From Raillietiella orientalis (Eukaryota): a DNA stretch of 64,000 bases. The stretch covers positions 2,170,001 to 2,234,000 of the forward strand of contig JAYWIR010000031.1 in the NCBI GenBank assembly GCA_036172245.1, written 5' to 3'. Position 1 is the first letter of the stretch. Each line of letters starts with the position of its first letter. A program made the position numbers and the translations under genes. Positions 13,218 to 26,910 of the stretch are shown piece after piece. The notes below the pieces were generated by a model, which was not told the DNA's origin, searched no databases, and saw only the letters and a list, made by a program, of their open reading frames with translations.

Positions 13218-13409
13218 CCGGAACACGACGCAGCCCTTGACGCAGATCTCCCCCTCCCCACTGGCGACGAAATAGTCCATCTCGGGGACGTCGGCCAGCT
13301 TCAGGAGGCAAGACGGGAGGGGAGGTCCCACGTGGTCGACGCTCAGATCCGTCGGTATGGTCATCGAGACCGGACCAGAGGCCTCGGTCTGGCCGTAGCT
13401 CTGCAGCAC
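13218..13409 (-). CDS. ACSL: ACSL coding exon 8 (VLQSYGQTE...HVGPPLP...GEGEICVKGCVVFR)
   Basis: Acceptor cttccag, donor CGG|GTGAGT; YGQTE and GEICVKG motifs. Confidence 0.96.
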
Positions 13410-13565
13410 CTGGAAGTTTGTCGTTTTTCAGGCAACAACGCGGACGGGAGGAGCCACAGAACCCCGAGGAGGGGAAGGAGGGGTGGGGGAAGCGAATCAG
13501 AGCTGGCTGAAGACTTTCACCCTTCCTTCCTCTCCTCTCTCTATTCCCACTCCTGTCCTCCTCAC

Positions 13566-13716
13566 CAAGCATCCGAAGGCCCTGCGCAGGAAGCTCACTA
13601 CGCTCTCAGAAATGGGCGCCGACCCAACTACGATCAGCCTCAGGCGAGAGCCCATCCTGCGACGGAGATTCCTGAAGAGGATCCTGTCGAGGGTGGACGA
13701 CAGGCACGACGGGTTT
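13566..13716 (-). CDS. ACSL: ACSL coding exon 7 (RNPSCLSSTLDRILF...LRLIVVGSAPIS...FLRRAFGCL)
   Basis: Acceptor tttgtccacag, donor TTG|GTGAGG; matches ACSL1 RVRLMVTGAAPVS; phase 2 to 0. Confidence 0.95.
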
Positions 13717-14904
13717 CTGTGGACAAAGCAGACAAGAAATAAGTGTGAAGAGCCTTTCAGAGATGATGGCGGGGAGGCTGCAAGAGAGAAAAAAAGAAAG
13801 AAGGAGAAAGAGGAGGAAAGGGAAAGGAAGAAGAGAAGGAGGAGGAGGAATGGAGGAAGAGGAGAAGGAGAAAGGGAAGAGAGAGCGATCTCTGACAACA
13901 ACCGCCCCTCTCTTTCATTTTTAGGCGGCATCCCCAGCTGCCACTGCAGTGGACTCCACCCTCATGCGGTCGCGCTGCAGTGGCGGGCGAGAGCAGCCAG
14001 CTATCCCCCTACTCGAAGAGGCGGGCGCTATCGCCCACGAACCTCCAAGGATCTGCTGCGTATCCGAAAGGCCCTCCCTTACTCCTCCCTCCCTTACTAC
14101 AGAATTTCGCGCATCCTTCCGCTTTTCTCTTCAGCTGCTGAACCGCCCCACCTTCCAGCAGATCCTCTGGATGCTGTTTTCCCTCTCCTCCAGATCAGGG
14201 GTGAAGCAAAGGTGGGAGCTGGGGGAATTCCCTCATACTGTGAGGTTCCGTCGCGCTCCCACGTTCCTTCGGCAAGGCAGCATTCAGAGGATCCGGGAAT
14301 GGTAAATGCCACATGGCAACGACCGGGGACGCTGGGAAAGTCAGGAGTCACGGAGAAGCATGGGCTCGTTCCAGGAGCAATTCCGAAAGCGGGAGGGGGG
14401 CCGAAGTGCAGACATGGGTGAAGAAGCTAGAAGAGGAGAAGGACAACCCCAGTCGGCAAGGCAAAGCCGGTCGAAGCCGAGAGATCGAAGGGCGCGTGTG
14501 AATGTCCTCTCCCAGTCCTCCCCGCGTTCAGCAGAGAATCCAGGGCTCTCGGCGGCCCGGAACGGCTCTCCCCATCGCGCATCACGCTGGATGGAGCGTC
14601 CTTCCGGATTCCCCTCCTGCTCTCCAGGATAAGTCCCTTTGGATCCTGGGTGCTGGAACGGGAGGGAAAAGGAAAGAGTGGGTTCCCTCTTCGGGTTGGG
14701 ATGCCTCGTCCTGTACAGGATGATGATCAACGGTCGGAAGATGAAAAGGACTCTGGGCTGAGAATTGGACCGGAGTGCCTCCGGGTCTGGACGCCACAGG
14801 CAGGGATCGTATCCTTCTGTGTGGCGTCCTTGCCTTCTGACCGGCTCGGGAAAGCCCGCAGCTCCCTCCAGCTCTCTCATATGCATGCGACGACCCCTCC
14901 TCAC

Positions 14905-15125
14905 CTTATTCGGGTCTCCCTTGCCCTGGACGTCGTCAGTGCCTTGTACCTCATCCTGTCGAAACGGGACCGGGACACCTCCTTTCGGAACTCGTCGTGC
15001 AGGCGGTTGAGCACCTTGGGGACGGCGGGAAGCACGGTGGGACGGAACAGCGCCAGGTCCTCCGGGAACCTCTTCATGCTGCCGGAGAAGAAGGCCACGG
15101 AGCCTCCCACCATAAACATGCACAC
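14905..15125 (-). CDS. ACSL: ACSL coding exon 6 (VCMFMVGGSVAFFSG...RPTVLPAVPKVLNRLHD...)
   Basis: Acceptor tgtcctccag, donor AAG|GTGAGG; matches ACSL1 QPTVFPVVPRLLNRMFD; phase 0 to 2. Confidence 0.95.
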
Positions 15126-18100
15126 CTGGAGGACAGTTCGAGAAGCTCCGTCAGACGCGCTCTGCGGGATGGAGGACGCGCGCGCAGGGGAAAAGGACAT
15201 CCCGGGTCAGCGGTCCATCCCTCCGAGGCACGAGGAGGGATGACGCGGCCGCTAGAAGGACTGACGGACTGGCCTGCGCAGAGGGCTTCCCATCTGCGCA
15301 CCGTCTCCTCTGCCCGCTCCGGATTCCCCTTGTGCCGAGGCAAGTAGACAGGGACTCCTGAACCCGTGCTCCTGCCCCCTCGTGCCCTGCTAGGAATTCT
15401 CCTCGCAGTTGGGAATCTCCCTCTTTCGAGCTGCTGCTGCTGAGGCCGTTACGAAGAGGGCTTGAAGGGACGTGCTTGCGACTCCTTTCTCCAGGATCCC
15501 TCACTCCGGATGGAGTTGGGCGCGATCCTCACCGTGTCCTCGGCCGGACCCCGAGCGGAAGCGAGCCGTCGTGCACCAGAGGAAAAGGCTCTGGCGTTCC
15601 CCGCTGCCATCCCTCCCGGAGCTGGACGCCTTGTTCCCGGCATCCGCGGACCGTGGCAGTGATCCATTGCCACGCTCTCCGACAGGAAGTCTCGGCGGAA
15701 CTTTCCCGCGGGTCCAAGCGATAAACAAACGAATGCTCCATTCTTTGGGAGGTCAGCTGGCTAAGCACAATCTGACTCGCGGGGGCAGACAGTTGGGGAG
15801 TCACGCGCTATCGTCAAGGCGTTCTTTGAGCTGGGAAGATCTTGCCGGTTTGCTCTCTTGAGACAGCAGTGCGGGGTCCCGTGTAAAAAAAAAATTCCGT
15901 CTTGAGAATGCACGGACGTGTCATGTTTTCTTCATGAATGATGAGGGCATCCTTGCTTTTCCCTTTTCCTCGTCCTTGAGAGGCAGCCTAGGCTGCTGTT
16001 CGTCTCCCTTGCAGCGCTCCCAGAAGCCTCCACGTGACGCGAAAGCACATCTACCCTGATGAGCCAACTTGCGGCTCAGAGTCGTGGCGGCGGACTGCGT
16101 CGCAACCACAGCTGGGAAGGCGGTGTCTTACCTCGTAAACCCGAGTGAGCTCCTTGGGAAAGTATTCCTTGTTGGGCTTGTTCTCCTCCTCTTGTCCTCA
16201 CGCTGTTCGAGGAGTCGAGAAAAGCGGTCATGCGGAGCGCGCGTGTCAGTCACGCAAGACGAGAGTGCTCATTCGGAATCCAGTGCGCTCCTTTTGCTTC
16301 CCTCTCCGGACGACTCTCTTCGCACCGCAGAGTCTGCTGAAGTTGTTTCCGAGTTCATGTGCGATCCACTCTCTGACAATCTACATGGAGGGTGGAGTGG
16401 ACTTCACGCCACCTTCCGAAGGAAGGGCGAGGGTACAGCAAGCCCCGCGAGCTAGAAGAGCTTTGCTTCCTTCAAGGAGGTTAGCTCGTTCCCAGCTTCC
16501 CCATGTGCCGCAGAATCCCGGTTATGTGGCAGGAGGTTCCCTTGCCTTCCCTTCGCAGAGGGGAGCGACGCCACGCACCTCACTCCTTTCCGATTCGATC
16601 GAAGATCGCTGTTTCCAATGCCAATGACCGGCTCCCTGAGGAAACGGCAGTCTTCATCACGTACGAAAGTTTGCTTCAGGCTGCTTGCCGGTCAAGCATC
16701 ATTCCCAGTTAAAGATACTTCGTTCTCTTCAGCTCTTTTTCTGGAAAGAAGACTCCTCTACGCCTCGTTCGTGGAACGGCACTTGTTAATAATTTCATCT
16801 CCATCACTGCTTTGCACCGAAAGTGGAAGATGCTGCTCTCGGATCAGCACGGCTCAAAAACAAGTGCTACCGGAAATCTAAAACTTCTTCTTTCTCCCGT
16901 ATATCTTTCACCATCTCTTCCTTTTGGCTCGAATGTTCCACTTGGTTTCCTGGATGAGTATTCTTTGTCGCTCTTCCTTGCATATCCCCTCCCTTTGCAT
17001 TATCGCTGCATTTCGCCGTCCCCCCGTGGAAGATACTCTCAGGCACCCGACGCGGCGAGCACTGTATCAACCTCTACTAGGAGTCTTCGAACAATTGTCA
17101 ACATTCCGTTCACTTGTCTTTCATAACACCAGGGCTGCCATAACATGGGAAACCATCTAGTTACAGCGGCCTCACCTCCTCGGCAGTGATTCTTCCTCAA
17201 AAAGGCACCCCTGCCGACATTTTTCGACAAATACCAACTGCAGTCTCGGGCAAGGATCAGCTAGACGAATCAGAAAGACGGGTCCAAGAGTTGTTCCCGT
17301 TTGCTTTTCAAGTCCGAGTCCTTGTGAGAAGTTTTTTCTACGCTTCTGAAAAGCGTGCTGCTGTCAGTTCTTTCAGTCTCCGGCAAAGCAGCTTTTCATC
17401 TAAGAAAGAACAGGGGTGGCAAAATCTGAATAAGGGTTCTCTGGGAAGTATTCTTTTCCGTCTGCTGACTGCGCTTGGGACTTTCGAGTAATCCTGTGAT
17501 CGGTCTTCGCAAAACATTGCCATAGAAGATATTTCGGCTGCATCAGGAAAAAAGTCACTGGAAGTACGCCGCGTAAATGGAGCACTGAGTGAATGCACAA
17601 TGCAAAGAACGGCATGCTGTCTCGCCAGTCGGTATCGATCCGTTGGTCACTTGGACCACACAGAAGGATGGATCTTGAAGCATGATTTTTGCCTAGCAAC
17701 ACTGTCCACTCACGGAACAGCAGCTCGAGGAGCAGTCCCTCCACTCACCTTCTCTGGATGCTGACGGTATCACAAGATTTCGAAACTAAAGCTCAATTAA
17801 ACGAACTAAGGATGTTTCCTTTGCAGAAGGATGCAGCGGATGAAAATAGGGCACTTCGAACAAACGAATCGAGGGCCTGACGTGTATCCTACTGGATCAA
17901 AGTTGTGAAAATTCTCGGTCGTGTACGAACTAGAGGAGACTGCTCGTTTATGACTCTCTCATTTCGTCTTGTTCACAAAGGTGGACGCTTTTTGTTTCCG
18001 AGGTCTTAGCTTTGAAAGGGAGTTTTTCTTCTTTTTGCTTTCCTTCTTGGATACTCATCAACGAAACGTAGGAGACGCGCCTTAGGGGACATGAGGTCAA

Positions 18101-18477
18101 TCTTAACTTTTTTATTAGTGCTGCAATGGACTTTGAATGGAATAACTTCGCATTCGCAATTCTATCGACTACATGGAAGATGAATCTCGTGTCTTGTTTC
18201 TTTTTTTTACTGTGTCGGGATTTTGGATATTTGATACAATTTCGTCTCTCGGCATTCCAGAAAAGATGGATCGAGAGCCCAGTTCCCGAAGAGCGTTTCG
18301 AGTTTTTTCTTCTACGTCCACATGTCCCCCACGGACTCGGGGTTTGCACCGAAGCATTCAGATTGGGAGTTTGTTTACCACCGATCAGGGAGCAGACACC
18401 TGTGAGCTCCGAAGGTTTGAGACTCGCACACCGAGCAAACGCACATGCACGCAAAGAAGGAAGGAAAAAATGTTTAC

Positions 18478-18678
18478 CTGTGCAATCCTCTCCATTATGA
18501 AAGCAAGAGGCAGATAAGAAATCGCAACGTCATTCTTTTGTGGACCCATTTTAGAAAGATGCAACAAAACCGAACTAGCAGAAGCCACGACATTGGCATG
18601 CGTCAGCAGGACTCCTTTGGCCATCCCCATGGTCCCAGAGGTGTAGCACACTAAAGCGACGTCGTCACGTCCAGCAGG
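18478..18678 (-). CDS. ACSL: ACSL coding exon 5, AMP-binding P-loop (CYTSGTMGMAKGVLLTH...YLPLAFIMER)
   Basis: Acceptor tttccttgcag, donor CAG|GTAAAC; ANL A3 and A4 motifs; phase 0 to 0. Confidence 0.96.
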
Positions 18679-19965
18679 CTGCAAGGAAATTGGGCGTTCA
18701 TGAGTTCTCGCTCCCAGCAAAGGATCGTGTGAGAGACATCGGAGGAATCCACCTGAGGAAAATGGATCTTGGGTTCATCTGAACCCTTTCACTGTCCGAA
18801 GACCCGCTCAGATGTTTAACATGGAAACATGTCCTAAGCGAAGCAGCGAAGGTGGGGTCGATTTTTGTGGTGCATGCAAAATCAAGTGTTGATCTCCTTC
18901 CTCGACTGATTCGCCAAATGTGCGTCGAAAAACCACACCAACCAGCAGACAGACCAAGGAACACCACCAAGTCATTGCCATGAAAGTATTTTCCGTTGTT
19001 TGGTGTCTTCAGGGAAAGGCCCCTGTTTATGATCTTCAGTTTCCATTTGTTTCCTGATCGGCTGCGTGATTTGCTCACGCTAACCACTAGCCTTCAACAA
19101 GACCGGGAACATCGCCCGGTTTGCTTCACGACGGAGAGGGAACAGCCGCTCGCGACCGAGGGCTCTCAGGTATTTGCTTGGGAATGCTGGGCAAATTCGT
19201 GTGGCGAAGTTTCACTCCCCTCGAAAGAAAGGCTAGGAACTCTCAAGATGCCTAGCATCCAGAAAAAAGAATTCATCCTTCTCACAAGAAAGTAGGGACA
19301 ACAGTGCTCCAGAAATGTTCTCGCTTGAAGAAGAGGAACGCCAAACAAAACTTGAGGAAAATTGCAGAGGAGATGGCGTTTTGCAGCCTCTAAAGAGAGG
19401 CAGAGGATCTGTCGTTTAAAGGATGAGGATGATGATCCCGAGGGATTGAAGGCATTTTGTCATTCAACGGGCCTCAGGTTCTACATCCAAAAGACAATAG
19501 CATCAGCGTGTTCCATTCCGCGTTGGTCCTTTCTAAGGCTGAGACAATCGCTCATTGTGAATCGCAACTGGAATTCTTCGCGTTCGTTCCCATCGGTTTC
19601 AGGGGTCAGGAAGCCGCAAAGTGAAGTCTGAGACTCGAATGCCTCAGCTCTGCTCGGAACAAATGAAATCGGAAAAATCTACTTTTGCTCCTGGACAGCA
19701 GTGAAAGAAGAATCTTCAAGCCAGACTCGGAGACAGTAGCTGGTGAGCACTTGAAAAGTGATCTTCACAGCAAGCAAATGATCAAGACTCCAGCGTAAGT
19801 AACGATGGACACTCCTTGAGGCTGTGAGCCAGAAGTGCTCGTGTCTGTCTTGTACTCAGAGAATGGAACGGCCTAACGGAACCAAGCATTGCCTTTGCTT
19901 CGCACCTTCGTACCCTCAGCTCCAAAATGTTTTCCCGAATCACGCAAAGGCATTCCAGGACTTAC

Positions 19966-20165
19966 CTTCACTTTCACGGGTTGACCAGATCCCATTATTT
20001 CTATGTCTGCCATGAGATACGTTTCTATGTGAGCGTGCTGGCATCGTTCTATTATTTTCGGGCTCAGTGGAGTGAAAGAAATGAGTAGGCGAAGGTTTTT
20101 GGCAGGGTGGCTGAGAACAATTGAGGCTCTGCGGTCATCGTCAACGATGATGGCAGTCATCAAAG
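19966..20165 (-). CDS. ACSL: ACSL coding exon 4 (TLMTAIIVDD...IEIMGSGQPVKVK)
   Basis: Acceptor ttttttgttag, donor AAG|GTAAGT; phase 1 to 0; length and hydrophobic pattern fit the ACSL segment before the P-loop. Confidence 0.92.
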
Positions 20166-23100
20166 CTAACAAAAAACGAAAAAAAAAAAACAAAAACAAA
20201 TTCCCATCAATGCATCAGTTTTGTGTGAGACGTTCCATCCAGTCTTTCGAAGCGATGGAAATTCTTAATGCACAGGATTATCTGTGGAGAGCTGATGTAC
20301 AGTTACCAAAAGATATGGGACTGCCGAAAAACCGTGTAATATTGACGTACATTACGGAGGATCGTCGTGCAAAATGCAAACCAAAAAGCGAAAACGCTAC
20401 AATCAGTAGATGCTTTCAGAGGACGGTTTCATGTGGAGAGAAATCCGGGTTTCATAACCGGTGAGAGACTTCCATTTTTCGACAACGAAAGCAGCTACAA
20501 GAAGGAAGCGGAGAAGTCACCTTGGAAACTGAGGAGCTATCCATCCGGGTGGGGATGAGGCGAGCCGAGGAAGAGACCGCAGATCCCGACGCGCTCCGCC
20601 TGACTTCAAAGAGAAGATCGCGGAAGAGGGCAGGAAAAATTCCAGCGCGTCCGAATGCTGGGCATCGTGGGGTGGCTTCGGCGCTTTGTTCTTCCGCTCG
20701 GTTCAGCGTCGGGGAGCGGTGGAATCGCCCCATTCGTTCCAAGCTCGTTCGTTGCCCGACTTCCAGTAACGAACGGAATCTTCTTCCGGAGGTGCCATCG
20801 CGGAGGAGGCGCGCCAAGTGGGGTTCGAGGGGCGCGCCGAAATGACGACGCGGCGGTCCCTGAAGTTGCGACGAAAGCAAAGAACGTGGACGCGCCCTCA
20901 ACATGCGGAAAGCAACCACGGTGCTTTGCCTTTTAGGGTATTAGAGCCAGTCAGTGAGTTTCGGAAAACAGCATCGAGCTTTGGATAAGAGATGCGGATT
21001 CAAATTCTCAGGATCGAAATGCAGCGCGCTTGTCCCGGTCCACTTGTCCCGGAAGGCCCATTCCAGGTCTCCTTTCGAGGGGGGTTTCGAGTTTGCTTGT
21101 GCCGCTGTACGCAGTGCAAGAGTTCCCCTGAGGACTGCCGTGCTCCTTTCGAGGCATTTTTTTTTTTTTTTGTTTCAAATTCTGACACGAGGCAAAAAGA
21201 GTCACAGGAGACTGACGCCGGAGGTTATTTGCATGGAGGGGGATCGGAGACGGAGCGTTCGAGAACGTGATGTCTCTCGTCATCCTGATGCACGTGATTG
21301 ACCCCGCTCGTCGCTGGGCCGAACCGACAAAGCACACCAGGAAAACCAATTAAAAGCTGATGCGACCCCTCATGACGGCCGAGGCAATCGCCCTCACCTC
21401 CTGAAATAGAGGGCCACTCCACATGGGATTCATCCTTCGTGCACTCCTATCCCTAAGGAGTCAGCGACAAAAAGAAGCATTATTATGAGGCACAATGAAT
21501 CATTGCAAATGCTTCTGCTGACGTTTTTCCCACCTGCACCTCGGAAATCCTCAAGTAGAGCCTCTTTCCACGAGTGACTCAATTTTTTTTTTACGAAGCC
21601 GTAGGTGCGACGAGGCACACGTCGGGAGTAGGTCCCAGGAGTGACATCGCCCAATGATGTGTTTAACGGTTTACGAGCTTGCTGATCTGTCCCCTGCCCA
21701 CAAATTTTCGCATACGGAGGCAAAGAACGAACCCCTAGTGGGTTGGCTCACACGGAGTACCTCAGTGTAGCCGGGTTTCTGACCGAAGATGCACATCTTC
21801 GCGAGGTGAACGCACGTCCTACGTTCTCAAAGATGGAGGCGAATGGATTTTCAGTGAGAAGCGTCCGTTTCCATCTCTGCCAAAAAATTTAGAGGTACGA
21901 TACAAATACGGTTGTTTTCGATGTGAGTACTCAGAACACAAGGAGGAAACAAACATCGGTCAGGGTGTGTGTTTAGGTCCGTATATGATCAAATAAAAAA
22001 TAATACCACTCGAAGCTTCACTGTTCTGCGTATGTCTCGCGGATAGACTGCGAGACATTTTTCTTAAAGGGTGACTCCTCAACTAAAATACTAAACGCCC
22101 TCTCAACGCACACTTCCTGGGCTGCCCTGAGAGAAGTGGCGACTTGTAGCTCCCCTCTGTTAATAATAAAACAGAACGAAATAAAAAGACATGGAATGTC
22201 AAAGAGAGCATAGCAGCAGGGAGAAAAGCCATAGCAAAGGGACAAACAGCTTTTCGTTTCCTGATGGTAGCCTCCCTTTGGAAGCTTAATCCCGAAGAAC
22301 CGAACAAGTTGTGCACTTGTGAATCTCCGTGAATAATCTTTCGTCGGGTGTGCCCTAGAAACTAAAAATAGAGCAAAGCAATGTCCAGTTGATTAAAGTG
22401 ATCAAGCTAAGATTCGTGAGGGAATTCGTCACACTGTCGGAAAAGGAGCATGCTTGACTGGTTGGGCAACTTCTGGGTAGCAGAAGTGAAATCTACGTGC
22501 GCTCTTCGAACAAAGCAAACAAAAAACCGGAATGCTTAGGTGACAGGAATAACTAGAGGGAGACTGAGGATCCAGCAAGGAATGCCATTAGCATATCTTT
22601 AGCATAACCATCGACTACCTTCTTTATCTAAAAGCGATTTACATAATGAACGCGCTGACACTTTTTAGCAAACGCTTTAAGACATCTTCAAGTGACGCTA
22701 TTCATGCCCCTCTGTAGATGTCACTGAATGACACAAAGAAAAGGTTTCCGACCGGTTGCCGCGAGGAGGAATTCAGCCAAAGTAGACAAAAGGGACGGAA
22801 ATGCTTGCGTTTCCTTTTGTTACAACTGTTCATCCGAATGAATCGCAAGTAGTTATTAAGTGAGCTGCATCCGAAGACCTCGGTCCAGAGACGGAAGGTT
22901 TCTTTTGAAAGGAATGAATTTCAATCTAGGATTCCTCTAGAAGAAAATCGTCCACGAGACAGCTCAAAGCTTGCATCTTGAAGAGTTTCTCAGAGAAAGA
23001 ATCGGGGACGACGGAAAATGGGATCCATTCCTAAATTCTTGACTGCCAGCTACGAATACCTGGAAGGAAGGAATTCCAGGAAGAAGAATTCTGTTCTTTC

Positions 23101-25184
23101 CTAGAAAACAGACGAATTTTTCCACGACAAAACTCCCGATCTGGGATAGAAGAAAGGACAGAGTGCCACTCCATTTTTCGGGAACAGCGCTTGAGCTTCG
23201 GTCGGAAGGAGAGCGGATTGATAAGCTCTTGATCTCTTCCAAATCTGGTGCATCCGAAGGGCTGCTGCGAGAAGAAAGATGCAGTTTGTAAGCCCTGAGC
23301 GTCTCTGAAGCGTCTACGAGTCTCTGCACATGCGAGCGATGACGAGAAAATCGGATTCTCGGCTGTCCTTTAATCTGTGCTCTCACAGGTCGAGAGACAA
23401 ATGGGAATACGCGGTCTCCGCCACGAACGAGGAAACGGGAGGGTCGTGTAGCGGGTGTCGAGACTGCGAACATCAGCACCGCTGCGTTTCGAGTGGACCT
23501 CGCAGAGAGGTCAAGCATCATAGAGTTCCGCTTGTCAAAGGGAGGCCACGTCTCCCAGATCGGAGCTCGTTGGGTTTTTATGCGCTCTCAAACCGGGAGG
23601 AACAAGAGCGCCGCCTTCGTAACTGCGGCGGTCGGAGGAGCTGTATGTTGCGTGGAGGCGATCCGCATTTCCTGGCCATGCTCAGGATGGTGATTGTCAG
23701 ATGTCTGAAAAAGGAAATTCCCACAGTTGCCTGCCTTCATCGAACCGGAGACAGCATCTCTGAACTGACGACCATCACCCTTTCGGATGTGCCACCTTGA
23801 AAATACTTGAACAAGGAGGCCTAGATGGTAGCCAAGCCCAAATATGGCCAGCTACTGTTCCCTGGAGTGGAAACTAAGTGTTAAGAGGGCAGAAGCCGAA
23901 CCAGTGGGACGGACACCCATAAATATCACTAATCGAAGTCCAAAAGAGAGTTTTCAGAATCAAAGTTCGAGCAATCAATATTGAAGAGTTGTTTCAGGGA
24001 GCTGGTTCCTTTCTATTTAGACCAGGATCGTCTGGGTTCTAAGGGTTCGGAGAGAAAGAGGGAAAAGGGTAGAAATGCGATAGCAGACTGACAGGGAAGT
24101 TTTCCTTCTTAGGTCCCGATCTCCGGGTGTGGTTCCTAGTCGGAAGTCTGTCAGTATTTGTGAATGTTAGCCTTCCGTTCGCCCGCTTCCGTTGCGTCTC
24201 TTCTGCACTCGTTCTCGTTTATCAAGGCCCTGGGGGGATCGCTGATCTGAAATAGCTTAAGGGGAAGGCGCGTTCTTACACGAGATCCCTCCCCCTTCCA
24301 CCTTTATTTCCAACATAGCACGTACTTATAAATAATTCTGAAAGCCTGTCCCCGAAAGCTTTCTTTCTTCGGATAACAGGCAAAGAGCAAGCCTGGAAGA
24401 GGGAGGCGCCATTTTCATGCCGGCTTCGTTTCGATTTTTCCTTCAAAAGGCTTCGAGGGAAATTTGTTCTGCAAATGTACTAGCCACTACAGCCCTAGGT
24501 ACCGGTTACTTCCAATTACAGACTTTCTGTGTGCTCATTAGAAGTCTCTTCCGCAGGACTCGCTGCCATTGTGTTCCTTCGGGAACGCGGATCCAATACT
24601 TTGATTAGACGCTCTATTCGGGACTCATTTCTTTACGTCTCTTGTTTACCCATAGCATCGGCGTGCTTACGTTTTAGAAATTATTTCAAAAACAAAATTC
24701 CCGTGCTCAAACACTCGGTGTTTCGTCAAAGGACGACAACAGATTGTCAAGGAGTGCCAACAACTGCTTCGTATTCGGCCAAAAAGGTGAAGAGGAACCA
24801 TAGGAGATTTTTCTTAACACCCCATCACGTGCTCATGGAACTGCTGAATGGTAGTCCAAGGACGGCGAAAAAACTCTTCTGACCCCAGCCAGATCTTTCA
24901 GCATCCGATAAAACTTTCTGCTTCGATAAAACTGGCAAGTTGGCATCCCCAACTTTTCTGTCTCCTGTGTTCGAAGCATCCTATGGGATAAAGTAACGGT
25001 TGCATTTGTCCATGTTTTCCCGTTCACCCTCCCTGATCTCTTCTAATGATGATGTGTGTCTTTTCGAGTTTCTATTTGACTAGGGTTGCTGGTCATACGT
25101 GAAAAAATCTTCCACAACAACGGGTCCGATTCACGTCAGAGACACAACCGGAGAAATCCACTTTGAGAATGGAGTGGACTCAAA

Positions 25185-25207
25185 AGAGAGAGAGAGAGAG
25201 AGAGAGA
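25185..25207 (+). repeat. (AG)n microsatellite
   Basis: About 11 perfect units. Confidence 0.9.
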
Positions 25208-25439
25208 AAATGGTCGCTCGAAAGACCTGAATGGTAGCCTAAATGGTCAAGTAATCCAAGGGAAAGCTTTCGCTTGTCTCTTGACCTTTACTTGTTGTTT
25301 AAAATCTGCTTCATGCCTCCTCTACCACGAGATGCAACAGGATCACTTGGGTTACAGCGCAGTACGGCACAATAAGCTCCTCCCGATAGAATCGCTTGGC
25401 GAAGGTGACTCCTATTCTTCCACCGCAATTTCCACCGGT

Positions 25440-25930
25440 TCTTGCTTGCTCTCCCTCAAGTGGCAGCACGTGGCGCTGCTCATCTTGCGTCGGGACTCCT
25501 CGCGCAAAGAGCATCGGCATCCCCCAACTTCCCGGAATCGTGCCAGGTGAATGGAAGGAAGTGGAAACGCCCTTGCGCCTGCTCGTGGACCGTGGAGCCT
25601 TCAGGGTGGCTGGAGGTAGCATCTCCTCCTCCCTCCTTTCTCTCCGGTGACGTCCCCAGGAAGCTGTGCCGAGAAGCTGTGCTTTGCGAGTCGAGCACAG
25701 AGGACTCTTTCTCGCCTGCCTACCGGGTGCCGGATTCCAGTCCCGCGCCGGAAGGATGGTGGCTACCCTCCCACACGTGGGAGGTGCCTCAGCCCAAGAT
25801 CACTCGGGAGATCGTATGCTTCGCTCTCCTTCCCGAGACGAAGAGGCGACGAAGTGGCTCCATTTGCAACAGAGAACGGAGCAGGAAGATTGTCTCTGCA
25901 TCTCACGCACACGTCCGCAAAAGATGAGGA
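25440..25930 (+). mobile_element. Possible LINE AP-endonuclease fragment; related piece at ~10100..10450 (-)
   Basis: SFLSGDVP (GDFN-like) and PSHTWEVPQPKITREIVCF (YTW..SRID-like), with weak DNA similarity to the 10.2-kb segment. Confidence 0.35.
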
Positions 25931-26910
25931 GCGATTAACCGGAAATCTCATAGCTTCTCTTCCTTATTTATTCACTTTTTATGTACTGCCTGTCCTTCCC
26001 TTCGCCAATTCGGTCTCTTAATGCAGCGCGTTTACAAGTTGGTGGCTGAATCCCCTCCTTAAAGTTCGAGCGTTGCGTAGGAACCAGTTTCCCATCTGGT
26101 GCCCGTATTTCCCAGAAACACCGTGGCGTGCGTTCCGTATTTAGCATGCTGGCCCATTAATCTACTCTCGCATATTGCGCTTTCGATTTCCGCGTTGGAT
26201 TTTTATGCGGCGCCAACCGCAGGCACCAGCGCTGAGCGGTCTGCTTCCGCGCTCCGCTTCCTTGTTCGAGACGTGTCCCGCACAAGATGATCCACTCGCG
26301 AAGAGTGCTCAGGAAGAACAAGGACCCGTGGTTTCGTTGGTCTCGCTGGTGGACCGAGCCGAATCAGGAGTTCTTTGCTGGCAGGGCTGGGATGCGAGAT
26401 CTCCGTGCGACTTGCGGCGAGAGCCGGCCATCTTGGATTTTTTGGCCTTCTGCCGGTCGCGCAAGTCCCGGTCCCCAGCAACGACTTCCGTCCGCGCAAG
26501 TTCATCCATCTGCGGCAGTGACAACCGCGCGGCAGCCATGTTTATCTCCCTGGGGCGGATGAAAAACTGCTACCAGTGAAACCGGGGCCCTCTCTTTTCT
26601 GGCATGGAACGTCCCCGGTTTGCCCCAACCCCCGTGAGCTTGTCTCCACAAAGTGGCTCCGCAAGCGAACTGTGTTGGCGAGAACGAAGAGCGATTCAAT
26701 TCGAATTCTACGGCTCCGCACGAAAGAAACCAAACGCTCCTCTCTTCCTGAAACGGAACGGTTTCCACCTCTTGCGGCGGGTGAGGCGAGGAGGTGCGGT
26801 CTCTTAGATGGGTCCCGAATCGAAGCGCGGGACCAACGAAAGGAGCAACTCATTGACCACATGGTGACCGTTCCGATGCGTCTCCGCAAGTTCTCCAGAG
26901 ATCAACTTAC

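Noticed and set aside
16055..16085. Hammerhead-like CTGATGA-GCC..GGC
   Set aside because: Lacks GAAA after stem II; other CTGATGA sites (8621, 40031) also fail.
23388..23600. Acceptor-like site followed by an SH2-like VKHHRV peptide
   Set aside because: No FLVR motif, no donor and no partner exons.
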